Origin: an uncultured Oligoflexus sp.
Lineage (GTDB): Bacteria; Bdellovibrionota_B; Oligoflexia; Oligoflexales; Oligoflexaceae
Assembly (NCBI GenBank): GCA_964236955.1
Contig: CAXSGP010000036.1
Coordinates: forward strand, 1-42,602
Direction: 5' to 3'
DNA: 42,602 nt
The notes beneath the pieces were generated by a model. It saw nothing but the letters and a program-made list of their open reading frames with translations. It was not told the DNA's origin and ran no database searches. This document shows, one piece after another, positions 17,376-27,107 of the stretch. How positions within the stretch are numbered: position 1 is the first letter of the stretch; each line of letters begins with the position of its first letter. A program made the position numbers and the translations under genes.

Positions 17376-17871
17376 GAGAGCCTCGATCGGATTAGGGTCC
17401 ACAGGGGTGGCGATGCAAGATTGATTCCCTCAAAACTTGCGCCATAAGAGAGCGTAATCAAAGAATTATAAATACCCGGCAAGGCTTGGCTTAGCGGCAA
17501 CCTGTCAGGCTTTGCCTTTATATTTGACAGCTCCGGCCGCGATGTGTCGGCCTGCTCGGGCAGCCCATTCCCTAACGATCCGTGGAGGGCTTCTCAACCT
17601 TTCTACGGGAAGGGGACTAGGGAATGCCGCTGGCAAACCAAAGGTTCGGGACAGTTAAAACCATCTCTGAGCATAAAATCATAATCACACGGCAAAAAAT
17701 GCCGGAAAATACCTCTATCATTATTTAAGTTTAGAGCCCGGCCAATGGAAAGTGTGGGTCAGCAGCCGGGTTAACGTCAGGTATCCATACTATTTTTCGG
17801 GGAAATGCCGACTTAGGCACAAAGCTTTCTAGCAGTCGGCCGGCACTCTCGGTTATAGGAAAAGCATTCAC

Positions 17872-20800
17872 ATGAACGACCCTGTCAAGCCTTCTGGAAT
17901 CATCTATATAGTCGGCATAATATTAACGGCGTTTGGCTACGCCTTCGCTGGGAAAATGGGCCTTCTTCTGGCCATACCACCCGGGTATTCATCACCGGTT
18001 TTTCCTTCGTCGGGACTTGCCCTGGCTATTCTATTAATCTACGGTCAACGCTATTGGCCCGGCGTTTTCCTCGGCTCCTTGACCCTCAACCTCTTCCAGT
18101 CGAACGCGTTGGCGACCGTCAGCCATGATCTCAGTGTCCTGATCGGGCCGGGCGGTATTGCTATTGGCGCCACCCTTCAAGCCCTGCTCAGCAAAAGATT
18201 GCTGTCTTGGTTTGGGTCCTCCTCGGTGCGTTTGACCAAAGGCCATGAGATCCTGGCTTTTATGCTTTTAGGCGGTCCGCTCGGCTGTCTGGTTAATTCT
18301 CTCATAGGTCCATCGGCACTTTTACTGGCCGGTATTATCACCGGTTCTCAATTCCTTTACAACGCTGTCATGTGGTGGATTGGCGATACCCTTGGCGTCT
18401 TTCTCATCACGCCCGTTGTGTTGGCTTTTTTAGGACAGCCCAAGGCCTTATGGAGGAAAAGGCGGCTGTCCGTCGCCGTTCCCCTTAGTCTTTTGCTTGG
18501 ACTTGCAACCTGGGGCTACCTGACTTTCAGCCGTATCCAGGACAAAGCAATCATCGCTGCATTCCATGAGAAAAGCGAAGACATCGCGCGCCGGGCCGAA
18601 CGGAATTTTGAGAGCAATCTCGATATCGTCCTGTTGATGGAACGTTATTTTACCCTTTCTCAAGCGGTTTCCGCTGAGGATTTTAGCAGACTTGCCAACC
18701 TGCCTCTGACCAGCCGCAATGATGGCAATCTGATTGCCTGGATTCCTCGTGTTCCTGGGCCTTTAAAAGATATCTTTGAAAGGGAGATGCGCCCGATAAA
18801 AAGCCCCGCATTCAAGATATTTGCCAGGGCCAGCAATGGTGAACATGTGGATCCTGTCGCCGCCGACGAATACTTTCCCGTTACCTACGTCGAGCCCCTC
18901 TCAGCCAATGCCAGAGCGCTCGGCTTTAATATGGCCTCCGACCCGAAGCGGCGTTCCACCCTTTTAAAGGCTCGTGATGAAGGTGGCTTTCACGTGACCT
19001 CGGTTAAAAGACTGGTTCAGGATGCTGAAGAAAAGCCGGCGTTGCTCCTTGTTCAACCAATCTTCAACGCCCATACAGCTGCAAATCTGGCGAGTAGGCG
19101 AGAGGATCTCCGCGGTTTTATCACGGCTGCCTTTCGCCTGGAGAATCTCTTTAAAGCATCGAACATGAACGCCTCGTTGCATGGCATCAGGATCGCAGTC
19201 TTTGAGATAAACGCCCTCGGAGCCCAAATACCAATCGCTGTATTTAATGCCGACAATCAGGAGAGCGAAAACCAACTTGATCCCCCGGGGTCTCGTTTGC
19301 ATTATGAGCGGCGGGTGGACTTTGGCGGCTATAAAGTTCTCCTCGTTTTCTCACCCAACGCGCTTTCAGGCGAAAAAGGAAGCGACAAGACAGCTTGGGC
19401 TTTTATGACCTTAAGCCTGCTTTTTGCGGCTCTACTCGGTTCCTTTCTTCTTTTGACCAGCGGCCGAAGTCTCGAGTTTGAAACGATCATGCTTGATTTT
19501 CAGCAGCTTGCCGATAATCTACCACAGATCATTTGGACGTCCGACCCGGGGAGTATCCTCAAATACTGCAATCAGCGTTGGCGAGATTTCGCTGGCATGT
19601 TCTCGGGTGGGCAGGCGGTAGAAGACTGGCATAGGATCCTGCTTCATCCAAGCGATCGCAAGCTGTTTTCAAATGCCTGGCAAAGAGCGATCGAAACGGG
19701 AGTGCCGGTCCATTGCGAATATCGTCTCTTCGATGGCGCTTCGGGCAAATACCACTGGTTTCTGGGACGCTTCATCCCGGTCAAAGACAGGTATGGAAAT
19801 ATCGTAAAGTGCATTGGATCCTGCACGGATATCCATGATCAACGCCTGCACACGCAAGAGCTAGAGGCAGCCAAGCTTTCCCTGGAGCTGGCGCACGAAG
19901 CTGCCCAGGTAGGGGCCTGGGACTACCACTTTGAAGAAAAGATATTCAATCGAAGCCCGTTTCATGACAAAATCTATGGTATAGAAAAAGAACTTAAAGA
20001 ATTTACGGAGGAAACCCTGAGGTCGTGTCTGCATCCCGAAGATCGCGATCGGATCATGTTGGAAATCGAAAGTTCCTATACGAGCGAGGAAGCAGGATTT
20101 TCCTTGGAATACCGTGTGGTATGGCCGGATCAATCCACCCACTGGGTCAGTTATCGGGCGCGATTCATCCGCGACGATAAAGGCCGGAAAACCCGCATGG
20201 TCGGCACCGTGTTTGACATCACCAAAATTCGTGAGGCCCAGGAGCAGCAGCTAAAACTGCTTATGCGTGAGAATGCGGCCATGGAATCGTCACGTCTCAA
20301 AAGCGAATTCCTGGCGACGATGTCGCATGAAATTCGCACGCCCATCAATGGTGTGTTGGGAATGACCAGCCTAATTCTGGACACGCCATTGTCAAGGGAA
20401 CAAAAAGATTATGCCGAAGCCATTAAAAGTTCCGGTGAAGCTTTGTTAACCGTCATCAACGATATCCTGGATTTCTCAAAGATCGAATCCGGCAAGCTGG
20501 AGTTTGAGAATATTCCGTTTTCCCTAAACTCGGCGATCGACGATTCAGTCATGATGGTATCCTTCAACATGCGCAAGAAAGGGCTGCTGTTTGATCTACA
20601 GCTCCCTAAAGATCTACCTGCCTTCGTCAAGGGAGATGCCGGCCGTCTTCGTCAGGTTTTAACCAATCTTTTAAGCAATGCCGTTAAATTTACGAGTGAA
20701 GGATCAGTCAAACTTCGGGCCGCAAAGGCCAGGGAATCGGAGACATCAACCGTCATCCGGTTTGAAATCGAAGATACAGGGATCGGCATCAATCAGGAAA

Positions 20801-21489
20801 GTCAAAGTACTCTGTTTCAGGCTTTCGCTCAAGCCGACACATCAACAACCCGGCGCTATGGAGGCACCGGCCTCGGATTGTCCATAAGCAAAAACCTCGT
20901 CGAGAAGATGGACGGGGAAATAGGTGTCAACAGCACAGCCGGCAAAGGTTCGGTTTTTTGGTTCACGATCCAGCTTGAAAAAGTTTCGAGTGAATATGAA
21001 TCGAAAACTGCCCTTGAGAATAAGGGCCATTCGAATCTCAGTAATATGAGGCTTGATCGAGGCATTCGCGTGCTGCTGGTCGAAGACATCAAGGTCAACC
21101 AGGTGGTTGCCACCAAAATTCTCGGAAAGTTCGGCTGTATCGTTGAGTTGGCGTGCAATGGTGAAGAAGCGGTCGCCGCTATCATCGCAGGCGATTTTGA
21201 TATGATCCTGATGGATTGTCAGATGCCAGTGATGGATGGCTATGAAGCCGCTATGCGTATCCGGGCCAGAGTGGGGGAACGATTTCAAAAGGTCCCCATT
21301 GTCGCCATGACTGCCAGCGCCATGAAAGGCGAAAAGGAAAAATGCCTTGCCCTTGGCATGTCCGATTACATTTCAAAACCAATAGATCCCAAAATTCTTT
21401 TTAGTACGATCAAAAAGTGGACGCAATCCGAGGACGCTATCCCTTTGCATCGACCGGTGGACCCTGGCTCGAATAGGTCTTCACCCTGA
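17872..21489 (+). CDS. Membrane hybrid sensor histidine kinase (MASE1-CHASE-PAS-PAS-HisKA-HATPase-REC)
   Basis: [12 protein letters not shown] and WWIGDTLG (MASE1), [16 protein letters not shown] (CHASE), two HPxD/YR PAS-PAC units, [47 protein letters not shown]. Confidence 0.95.
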   Translation: MNDPVKPSGIIYIVGIILTAFGYAFAGKMGLLLAIPPGYSSPVFPSSGLALAILLIYGQRYWPGVFLGSLTLNLFQSNALATVSHDLSVLIGPGGIAIGATLQALLSKRLLSWFGSSSVRLTKGHEILAFMLLGGPLGCLVNSLIGPSALLLAGIITGSQFLYNAVMWWIGDTLGVFLITPVVLAFLGQPKALWRKRRLSVAVPLSLLLGLATWGYLTFSRIQDKAIIAAFHEKSEDIARRAERNFESNLDIVLLMERYFTLSQAVSAEDFSRLANLPLTSRNDGNLIAWIPRVPGPLKDIFEREMRPIKSPAFKIFARASNGEHVDPVAADEYFPVTYVEPLSANARALGFNMASDPKRRSTLLKARDEGGFHVTSVKRLVQDAEEKPALLLVQPIFNAHTAANLASRREDLRGFITAAFRLENLFKASNMNASLHGIRIAVFEINALGAQIPIAVFNADNQESENQLDPPGSRLHYERRVDFGGYKVLLVFSPNALSGEKGSDKTAWAFMTLSLLFAALLGSFLLLTSGRSLEFETIMLDFQQLADNLPQIIWTSDPGSILKYCNQRWRDFAGMFSGGQAVEDWHRILLHPSDRKLFSNAWQRAIETGVPVHCEYRLFDGASGKYHWFLGRFIPVKDRYGNIVKCIGSCTDIHDQRLHTQELEAAKLSLELAHEAAQVGAWDYHFEEKIFNRSPFHDKIYGIEKELKEFTEETLRSCLHPEDRDRIMLEIESSYTSEEAGFSLEYRVVWPDQSTHWVSYRARFIRDDKGRKTRMVGTVFDITKIREAQEQQLKLLMRENAAMESSRLKSEFLATMSHEIRTPINGVLGMTSLILDTPLSREQKDYAEAIKSSGEALLTVINDILDFSKIESGKLEFENIPFSLNSAIDDSVMMVSFNMRKKGLLFDLQLPKDLPAFVKGDAGRLRQVLTNLLSNAVKFTSEGSVKLRAAKARESETSTVIRFEIEDTGIGINQESQSTLFQAFAQADTSTTRRYGGTGLGLSISKNLVEKMDGEIGVNSTAGKGSVFWFTIQLEKVSSEYESKTALENKGHSNLSNMRLDRGIRVLLVEDIKVNQVVATKILGKFGCIVELACNGEEAVAAIIAGDFDMILMDCQMPVMDGYEAAMRIRARVGERFQKVPIVAMTASAMKGEKEKCLALGMSDYISKPIDPKILFSTIKKWTQSEDAIPLHRPVDPGSNRSSP

Positions 21490-21721
21490 CAGGCAATGCC
21501 GGGGCTTTCTTTGCCATTCATTTTGAAATTGTCAGTGGTCTAACGGCTTTCCCGGGCGATCCGGGCCGGTGAATCCCTAGGCGAGTTTTGCCTAGACTCC
21601 TGTAATTAAGGGGTATTTGGACAGTGCGAGGCTTCTCTGTTAAACTGAAACAGTCACGAGTGTCTTTCAGATTGACTGTCATTTTCTATTCCCGTGACAG
21701 CCGACAGCGAGAGGATCCGGA

Positions 21722-22558
21722 ATGCCGATTGGAAAAAGCCCCTATTTTGTCAAAATCCTCGGCCAGGTATTGGGCTTAGCGGGGCTCGGCATAGCGCTGT
21801 CGGCCTGCGGTATCGTTCGTAAATCGGATACCTGCAATCTTAAGGCCGATGGCTTGAGGATAGCCGGATTCAACGGGGAAAACCTGAGTGATAAACAGCT
21901 CTCTATTGTTTTTCTCAAAGGCCCGGCGGACAGCACGGAAGCAATCGGCAGCTTCTTGAGCGGCCTCACCATTCCCGCGACCTTCTTCATTAAAGGCTCC
22001 GAAGTGCTGGGTCATGAGGAGACGCTGGGACGCCTTGTTGATCAGGGGCATCGGCTGGCCAGTGGTGGTTATAGCTTTACAGCCCTCAAAGCGGCAGAAG
22101 ACCCAGTCGTCGAAGTCAGGGCTTTAGATAAACTCATCAGTCGCTTTGCTACCGGTTATCAGTATTGGCTATATGGCGAGCCGGGCAGTCTTGATGCGCG
22201 GGCGCTGAAACAGCTAAAAAATGCCGGCCTTGGTAAATACATCGGTCCAATCCATAGCGATACCGTGGGAGCGGCCTTTGTCGATGACGAACGCTGCTGG
22301 GAACGAGGTCTTAGCGTGTCGGTGTGCAGCCAGGGTTATTTTGATGAGCTGGTCAGGATCGGTCATGGGCTCGTGCCTTTTCATAGTGAAGATGAGCGCA
22401 GTCTGGAACTCATTAAAGACCTGGTCCCCCAACTTGTCGCTTTTGGTTTCACCTTTGTGAAATTGGATCAGGTCCCCGATTTACGGTTTGCCCTGAAAGC
22501 TGCCGGTGGCATCCCTGACGCCGGGAAAGCCGGTGAGGTCTGCAATGATTATGAATAA
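21722..22558 (+). CDS. Polysaccharide deacetylase (NodB/CE4)-fold lipoprotein with degenerate catalytic motifs
   Basis: GAGGA RBS, lipobox LSAC, scaffold motifs IPATFFIKG, LVDQGHRLA and GFTFVKL. The TFDDGP and HxxxH motifs are replaced. Confidence 0.75.
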   Translation: MPIGKSPYFVKILGQVLGLAGLGIALSACGIVRKSDTCNLKADGLRIAGFNGENLSDKQLSIVFLKGPADSTEAIGSFLSGLTIPATFFIKGSEVLGHEETLGRLVDQGHRLASGGYSFTALKAAEDPVVEVRALDKLISRFATGYQYWLYGEPGSLDARALKQLKNAGLGKYIGPIHSDTVGAAFVDDERCWERGLSVSVCSQGYFDELVRIGHGLVPFHSEDERSLELIKDLVPQLVAFGFTFVKLDQVPDLRFALKAAGGIPDAGKAGEVCNDYE

Positions 22559-24110
22559 GCCATCGCGGTTTCGCTCTCTCGTTTTTGCCCTTACCTGGGC
22601 AGCCTCAGGGCTAGCAATGTCTCCACTGGGCCTGACGCAGGCACTCTATGCGCAGCACAGCTGCGATGTAAAGGAATATGCTGAGTTCGTTTCCTATGCT
22701 CAAATTCTCAATCCATTGGCCGAGGATCTCGGGCGACGCATGGTGCAGTGCGATAATCGCGACTTTCGCGAAAGTTCATTCTACTGGTTAAGCTTTTTCT
22801 ATAGCATGACCGATCAGCAGGCGAAAATAGCCGGACTCGCCAGTCTCATGCCGCCTGAAACCGACACTTCGCCCAAAGGCGGAGCCCAGCGCGCAGCGTT
22901 CCGGGGCAACACTCAGGTTCTGGTGGAAAAGATCTTCACCTCGACCCCAGGTTATATTGATGATCCGTGGATCGTGATGAGTCTGGCTCGGGCGCAGATG
23001 AGCCTCGGTGAATATCCAAAAGCGTTTGCGAACTATATAAGGGTCCTTCGTTTGAAGGAGGAGCAGGATGCTGCCGAGGTCGAACTCCTCTATGCTTATA
23101 TCTGGGCCAGGGACCATGAAGCGGCTGCGGGCAAACTTGCGAGCTTGAAGCGTTACGATTCCTCGGCCTACATGCGGCAATCGCTGGAGCGGGCGGAAGC
23201 CCTCCTCCAGGGCCATAGAGAAGAACCGAAAGGTCGCCATGATTCTCTATCGCTTGCCTATGTCCAGGAGCGGGACAATCGGGGCTATTCGGCGGTAGGA
23301 GGCCGTGCTCACTTTGAAGGCATTGTTGATCTAGAACTCGAAGCGCTGGAACACGCCAACCCTCTCGAGGAAGAAAAAGAAAACGTCGCCAACGTAAATC
23401 TTGGCAAAGAATGGGGGAATAAAGGAGAATCCCGCCTTCTGACCGAACTCGGCTACTTCAGTGTCGGTGCTGATAGGGTCACGGGCAAGCTTAAGCTGAC
23501 CCTGCCCATGGGCGAGCAGCTCGAAGGTGCATTGGGGATTGCCAGAAAACCCGTAAGCGCCTTGGAAAGACCGCCCGCCGGGGAAAGAGCCGGCATTATG
23601 CGCGATTCAGCGTTTTGGGATCTCGACTGGAAGGAGCACCTGAGCCTCACGGGAGCCGTCCATCGGGAAGACAACGACGCCATGTTTGAAGATTACGGCG
23701 CCGAAATCAAATTTGGGGCCCTGCCTAAAGGCGAGGATGATCGAGGGTTTGGGCTTATCATACCCCTTTCGTATCGCCACCGGCCGAGTCCAAGTCCTGA
23801 TTATCGCAGCTTTCCTCATGACGCACGCGTCGGCATTGGTCTAAGGCTAGGCTTGAGTGATCAACGCTACAGTGTCTATACCGAGGCCGTGCTGGAATCG
23901 ATACAGCGCGACGATTACGGCAACGAAAACAGTTTTGAAAAGCTCTTGGGTGCGCGCATGAAAGCCCATCTCCGCTACTACTATCAAAAGGCTTTCTATA
24001 ATTTCTTCGAGGGTTCAGCCTTCGTCATAGAAAAGATGCCGGGCGAAAAAGCTGATGAGAGAAAAGCTGAATTTTTGATCGGTTTCGGTTTGAGTCAAGC
24101 CAGTCACTAA
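22551..24110 (+). CDS. Exported TPR-domain plus predicted outer-membrane beta-barrel protein
   Basis: Overlaps the upstream stop. Signal peptide (ALYA-Q), TPR-like LARAQMSLGEYPKAFANYIRVL / LLYAYIWARDHEAA, and a C-terminal half of alternating amphipathic strands ending FLIGFGLSQASH. The start may be 22545. Confidence 0.65.
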   Translation: MNKPSRFRSLVFALTWAASGLAMSPLGLTQALYAQHSCDVKEYAEFVSYAQILNPLAEDLGRRMVQCDNRDFRESSFYWLSFFYSMTDQQAKIAGLASLMPPETDTSPKGGAQRAAFRGNTQVLVEKIFTSTPGYIDDPWIVMSLARAQMSLGEYPKAFANYIRVLRLKEEQDAAEVELLYAYIWARDHEAAAGKLASLKRYDSSAYMRQSLERAEALLQGHREEPKGRHDSLSLAYVQERDNRGYSAVGGRAHFEGIVDLELEALEHANPLEEEKENVANVNLGKEWGNKGESRLLTELGYFSVGADRVTGKLKLTLPMGEQLEGALGIARKPVSALERPPAGERAGIMRDSAFWDLDWKEHLSLTGAVHREDNDAMFEDYGAEIKFGALPKGEDDRGFGLIIPLSYRHRPSPSPDYRSFPHDARVGIGLRLGLSDQRYSVYTEAVLESIQRDDYGNENSFEKLLGARMKAHLRYYYQKAFYNFFEGSAFVIEKMPGEKADERKAEFLIGFGLSQASH

Positions 24111-24125
24111 GAAAAGGGCTGTTTC

Positions 24126-24719
24126 ATGAACCTACTAAAATTGGCGCTTATCCTGAGCATGATCCCCTCCTGTGTCTCGCGCATCCCCGCGGATCCGGTC
24201 ACGCAGCTCCAAGCCACCAAGACCTTCACGCGCCAGGGAACCTTTATGATAGGGCCTGGCGACCAGCTCGATATCTTTGTCTTTGGCGAAGAAAAACTCA
24301 GTGGCCGCTTTACAATCTCCCCGACCGGAATTCTGGCCTTTCCCCTGATCAACACCTTGAACGTGTCGGGAATGAGTAGCCAACAGCTGACCCGAAGACT
24401 CGAGGCAGCGCTTGAAACCTATATTAAAAGGCCACGCGTGGCCGTGTCGCTGCCCTCGGTAAAGAGCTTTCAGGTGTTTTTTAATGGCGAAGTCAAACGG
24501 GTCGGAGCTCTCAATCTCTCATCGGAGACGAATATCCTTCAGGCCCTGACTCTGGCCGGGGGCTTGAGTGATTTTGCTAGCGGCCGTATCGTCCTCGTCA
24601 GACAGATCGGTAATAATAAGGTCAAACGTTATGCCATGCAGTATGACGATATCCTGGCCGGTGAAAAGTTTCTTGATGGCATCACCGTAGAGACGGGCGA
24701 CGTGATTATTGCCGAGTAG
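24126..24719 (+). CDS. wza: Short polysaccharide export protein (Wza/OPX family)
   Basis: IGPGDQLDIFVFGE, ISPTGILAFPLI, GEVKRVG, ILQALTLAGGL, GDVII. Ends right after the SLBB domain (197 aa). Confidence 0.9.
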   Translation: MNLLKLALILSMIPSCVSRIPADPVTQLQATKTFTRQGTFMIGPGDQLDIFVFGEEKLSGRFTISPTGILAFPLINTLNVSGMSSQQLTRRLEAALETYIKRPRVAVSLPSVKSFQVFFNGEVKRVGALNLSSETNILQALTLAGGLSDFASGRIVLVRQIGNNKVKRYAMQYDDILAGEKFLDGITVETGDVIIAE

Positions 24720-24747
24720 CCTTCGACATCCTAAAGGGCCTAAAAAA

Positions 24748-26799
24748 ATGCAGCAGATTCCTAATCAGCATAATCCCAATCGGCACAACGACGGCGACTC
24801 CTGGTTCTTGATCGATTCGCTCTGGGGCGCTTTTCGAAGGCACTTCTTTTTTGCGTTTGTCCTTTGCCTGCCGCTCTTAGCGCTAGTCGGATTCAGTCTG
24901 ACGACGTGGAAACCTGAATACGCTTCGACGGCCAGCGTCGTTTACGATGCCAGCAAGGGCAAAGAAACCCAAAATGAATCATCGCTGGTCCTCGGGAACC
25001 GCATCGCTTCGACCTTCGAATCACGATTTGACGACGAGGACTTTTTAGAGGGGCTGACGGGACGCCTTGAGGCAAAAGGTGTGCACTTTCTTGCCGAGGA
25101 GGATTCAAAGATCATCTCGACCCTCAAGGCTTGGGTTCCCAAACTTCCGTCGTTTCCCATCAACGCTTCAAAGCCTTCGCATAGGAATAAGAGATCGGGT
25201 GACGGTGCCGGGCCAAATGAGAATCAAGCCAAAATCGAAGCGCTCGGCCGTCAAATCAAGGCCACCACCGTGCCGGCACAGTTCCACCTGTCAATCTCAG
25301 CCGTCTCGCGCGACGCCGCCGAAGCCCAGATTATAGCCCGCGAGTCGATCCTTTACTTTGTCGAAGAGGATCTTCTCAAGCACAGGGCCCAGCTCCAGGA
25401 AAAGTTACAAAACCTCAATTCCATCGAAAGCTCCACGCTGCTTGAAAAGGCCGATCCTAAAGATATGGCCAGTACCCAGGCCTTCATCGTGGAAGAAAGC
25501 GTGGTGGCGAATGAGGAAGAGAGCAAACTGGCAAAGACCAGAGAGCAGGCTCTCATCAATCAAATTCTCCTGAAGCAAAAAGAATCCGTGCGAGCCCAGG
25601 CGATTCAATATGAAAAGGAATTCACCCTGCAGAGTGAACTTAACGCCCTTCTCTCCAAACGGGGGGCGGCGCATCCCGATGTGATACAAAAGCGCCTGGA
25701 AATCGTCAAGTTTCGTGACGACGTCGGCGTGGCCATGATCGAATCGATCCTAGTCAAAATGAAGAAAGATCTCTACCAGCTTCAGGCGCAGATGCGCGCC
25801 AAGGGCATTCCCATCGACCGATCGGTGCAGCTGAACAATTTCTCGGACGAAGTGCGGCGCTTTCTGCTCGACGTTTCCAATCAGATTCGTAATGTAGAGC
25901 TTGAGATCGAGAGTGATGGACAGCAGCTTCAGGATCCTACAAAGTGGGTTCGCTATAATCTGATCAAAGCCGCTGAGCTACCAACCAAAGCTTCCAATAT
26001 CGATAAGCTCCTCTTGCGGGCCGCGATAGGAATTGCCCTGGTCGGCCTGGGCTTTTTTCTCATCATTCTCGTGCGGGATATGAATTATCCCTGGATCGTG
26101 GAATCAACAAGCCTTCCGCGCCGTTACAAGCTGCCCGTGTTGGTGAAGGTACCGCGGTCGAAGAGCTTTTTGAATGTCGATAAAGTTCGAAAATTGCGAG
26201 CCCGGCTCGGGGACCTTCGTAAGGGCTCGGACTCCGAACTCAGGCTGCTCGATTCCTATCGTTATCTGCAGCAGCTCCTTAAAACCAAGGGGGATCCTCA
26301 GGTGATCTGCTTTTATGATCTCGGTTCCGACTCCCTATCGGCTCACGTGGCGCTCAATCTTGCCAACGTCATGGCCACCGACAGTCATGAACGCATCATC
26401 TACCTTAGCTTCAATCCTGCGAACCAAAAATATCTGCCACGGGGTGAGGGCGGCAACCTCATGAGTTTTCTATCGGGTGAAATTGATTGGAAGGCTTGCC
26501 GCATCAAGGCCAATGAGACCGTGGCCTGTGATTTGGCGATAGCTGAGCATCCCGAGCTGCAGCTCGGTAGCTTTCGCGTGGATCTCGTTCAGCGTCTGCT
26601 CAAAGCTCTGCGCGAAAAATACCAGCGGGTCATCATCGATGGATTAAATCCGGTCTTTATGAACGAAAACACCATGCTTGCCAATGAAGCCGACGTCATA
26701 CTGGTCGGCACGACGATGGGCACAAGCAAGCATAAGGACCTGGAGCGGCTGCTTAGTGTCACTCCCAAAGAGAAGGTTCAGGGCTTTGTTTTGGTTTGA
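24748..26799 (+). CDS. wzc: Polysaccharide co-polymerase (Wzc/GumC-like) with degenerate tyrosine-kinase domain
   Basis: N-terminal TM followed by PEYASTASV, coiled coil with HPDV, second TM after AELPTKA, DSYRYL, ALNLA, LREKYQRVIID, ADVILV, KVQGFVL. Confidence 0.82.
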   Translation: MQQIPNQHNPNRHNDGDSWFLIDSLWGAFRRHFFFAFVLCLPLLALVGFSLTTWKPEYASTASVVYDASKGKETQNESSLVLGNRIASTFESRFDDEDFLEGLTGRLEAKGVHFLAEEDSKIISTLKAWVPKLPSFPINASKPSHRNKRSGDGAGPNENQAKIEALGRQIKATTVPAQFHLSISAVSRDAAEAQIIARESILYFVEEDLLKHRAQLQEKLQNLNSIESSTLLEKADPKDMASTQAFIVEESVVANEEESKLAKTREQALINQILLKQKESVRAQAIQYEKEFTLQSELNALLSKRGAAHPDVIQKRLEIVKFRDDVGVAMIESILVKMKKDLYQLQAQMRAKGIPIDRSVQLNNFSDEVRRFLLDVSNQIRNVELEIESDGQQLQDPTKWVRYNLIKAAELPTKASNIDKLLLRAAIGIALVGLGFFLIILVRDMNYPWIVESTSLPRRYKLPVLVKVPRSKSFLNVDKVRKLRARLGDLRKGSDSELRLLDSYRYLQQLLKTKGDPQVICFYDLGSDSLSAHVALNLANVMATDSHERIIYLSFNPANQKYLPRGEGGNLMSFLSGEIDWKACRIKANETVACDLAIAEHPELQLGSFRVDLVQRLLKALREKYQRVIIDGLNPVFMNENTMLANEADVILVGTTMGTSKHKDLERLLSVTPKEKVQGFVLV

Positions 26800-27107
26800 T
26801 CAAGCTCCTCTTTCAGTCGGGCTTTTCTTTCGAGTTCCAAGGTCGTCTCTTCCTCCTCTTTCAGAGTCTCGGCCGGCTCAGGGGAATCGAAGGGCGATTT
26901 TTTTTTGGTCGGCCGGAAATTGTAGTAGTCATCTTCCAGGGGCATTTTGGGAATGAGGGCCTCTCGGTGCGAGGCCAGATAGTGCCCACAAAGGAGATAA
27001 AAGGAGACGAAATACACTAGGCAGGCGACTACGGTCAGGAGCCGGAAAGGGATGCGACTCAGGACGATGCCTATTCCTAAAACATGGAGAATAAAGATTA
27101 GGGCCAT
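26778..27107 (-). CDS. Small membrane protein coupled to wzy
   Basis: GGAGG 8 nt before the ATG, 10-nt overlap with the wzy stop, two hydrophobic segments followed by a charged tail. Confidence 0.65.
   Translation of the reverse strand: MALIFILHVLGIGIVLSRIPFRLLTVVACLVYFVSFYLLCGHYLASHREALIPKMPLEDDYYNFRPTKKKSPFDSPEPAETLKEEEETTLELERKARLKEELDQTKTKP

Noticed and set aside
17424..17439. Sigma54-like TGGCGCAAGTTTTGA on the minus strand (similar TGGCAAGATTCCTGA at 36871)
   Set aside because: The -12 position is GA rather than GC; too weak without TSS data.
17632..17704. c-di-GMP-I (GEMM) riboswitch-like words GGCAAACC...GGGAC...AAAACC...TAA...ACGGCA...TGCCG
   Set aside because: No GNRA-capped P2, no GACGCAAA junction and no P3 pairing. 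CGGCA/TGCCG is a simple local hairpin. An Infernal search would settle it.
21551..21595. Two small hairpins between the kinase and the EPS operon
   Set aside because: Short stems with no U tract; cannot be distinguished from chance.
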